A DNA stretch of 15,149 nucleotides from Promethearchaeota archaeon. Its GTDB lineage: Archaea > Asgardarchaeota > Lokiarchaeia > Sigyniarchaeales > SOKP01. Below are positions 14,958-15,149 of this stretch, piece by piece. The stretch lies in assembly GCA_004524535.1 (NCBI GenBank), contig SDNY01000088.1:1-15149 (forward strand), given 5' to 3'. The position numbers were made by a program, and so were the translations under genes. The notes beneath the pieces were generated by a model. The model was not told where the DNA came from, did not search any database, and saw only the letters and a list, made by a program, of their open reading frames with translations. Each line of letters begins with the position of its first letter. Positions within the stretch are counted from its first letter, which is position 1.

Positions 14958-15149
14958 ATGGTAAATCCATACATACCAAAATTAACCAAGGTAAAATCAA
15001 TAGTATCTGAAAATAAAGCAAATGATATTAAAACGATTGAGTTAGAATTTAAAAAAGAAGAAGATTATAAAGCATTTGATTATATTCCCGGTCAGTTTGC
15101 CGAAATTAGTATATTAGGGAAAGGAGAATGTCCAATCGGTATCGCATCA
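14958..15149 (+). CDS. flxA: FlxA / AsrB / HydG-family FAD/NAD(P)-binding subunit (partial, runs off the window)
   Basis: Not in the ORF track. ATG 14958 follows AGGTGA: MVNPYIPKLTKVKSIVSENKANDIKTIELEF...FDYIPGQFAEISILGKGECPIGIAS, a typical FNR-family N-terminus (NPY.P, PGQF, GE.PI.I.S). Confidence 0.85.
   Translation, partial: MVNPYIPKLTKVKSIVSENKANDIKTIELEFKKEEDYKAFDYIPGQFAEISILGKGECPIGIAS

Noticed and set aside
5188-15021. Short minus-strand ORFs within the hdr-flx operon (5188, 5577, 6251, 8688, 8888, 10180, 10385, 12264, 13213, 14836)
   Set aside because: Antisense shadows of well-supported + strand genes.

Overview
AT-rich archaeal DNA: BRE/TATA promoters, GGTGA/GGAGG ribosome-binding sites and oligo-T terminators. 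The style suggests Asgard/Lokiarchaeia-like archaea, but that is inference only. The window has two parts. (1) 1-2700, accessory region: the 5' end of a coiled-coil DUF3782/PD-(D/E)XK-like gene, then a divergent 2+2 cassette of small uncharacterised genes. Two ~70%-identical helical paralogs lie on the minus strand and two Cys-rich paralogs with an Hsp20-like C-terminal motif lie on the plus strand, each with its own promoter. Their control regions carry 14 GATC sites, all in the palindromic context YGATCR, plus a long G.U-rich hairpin. (2) 3098-end, a tightly packed heterodisulfide reductase / Flx operon: hdrC, hdrB, an FpoF/FrhB-like F420 subunit, a split two-module HdrA, an MvhD-wHTH fusion, a fused two-module HdrA, then flxD(mvhD), flxC, flxB and a partial flxA. 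The operon appears to encode both F420H2-linked and NADH-linked input branches onto one HdrBC. Several start codons in the supplied ORF track were moved downstream using RBS position and paralog alignment.
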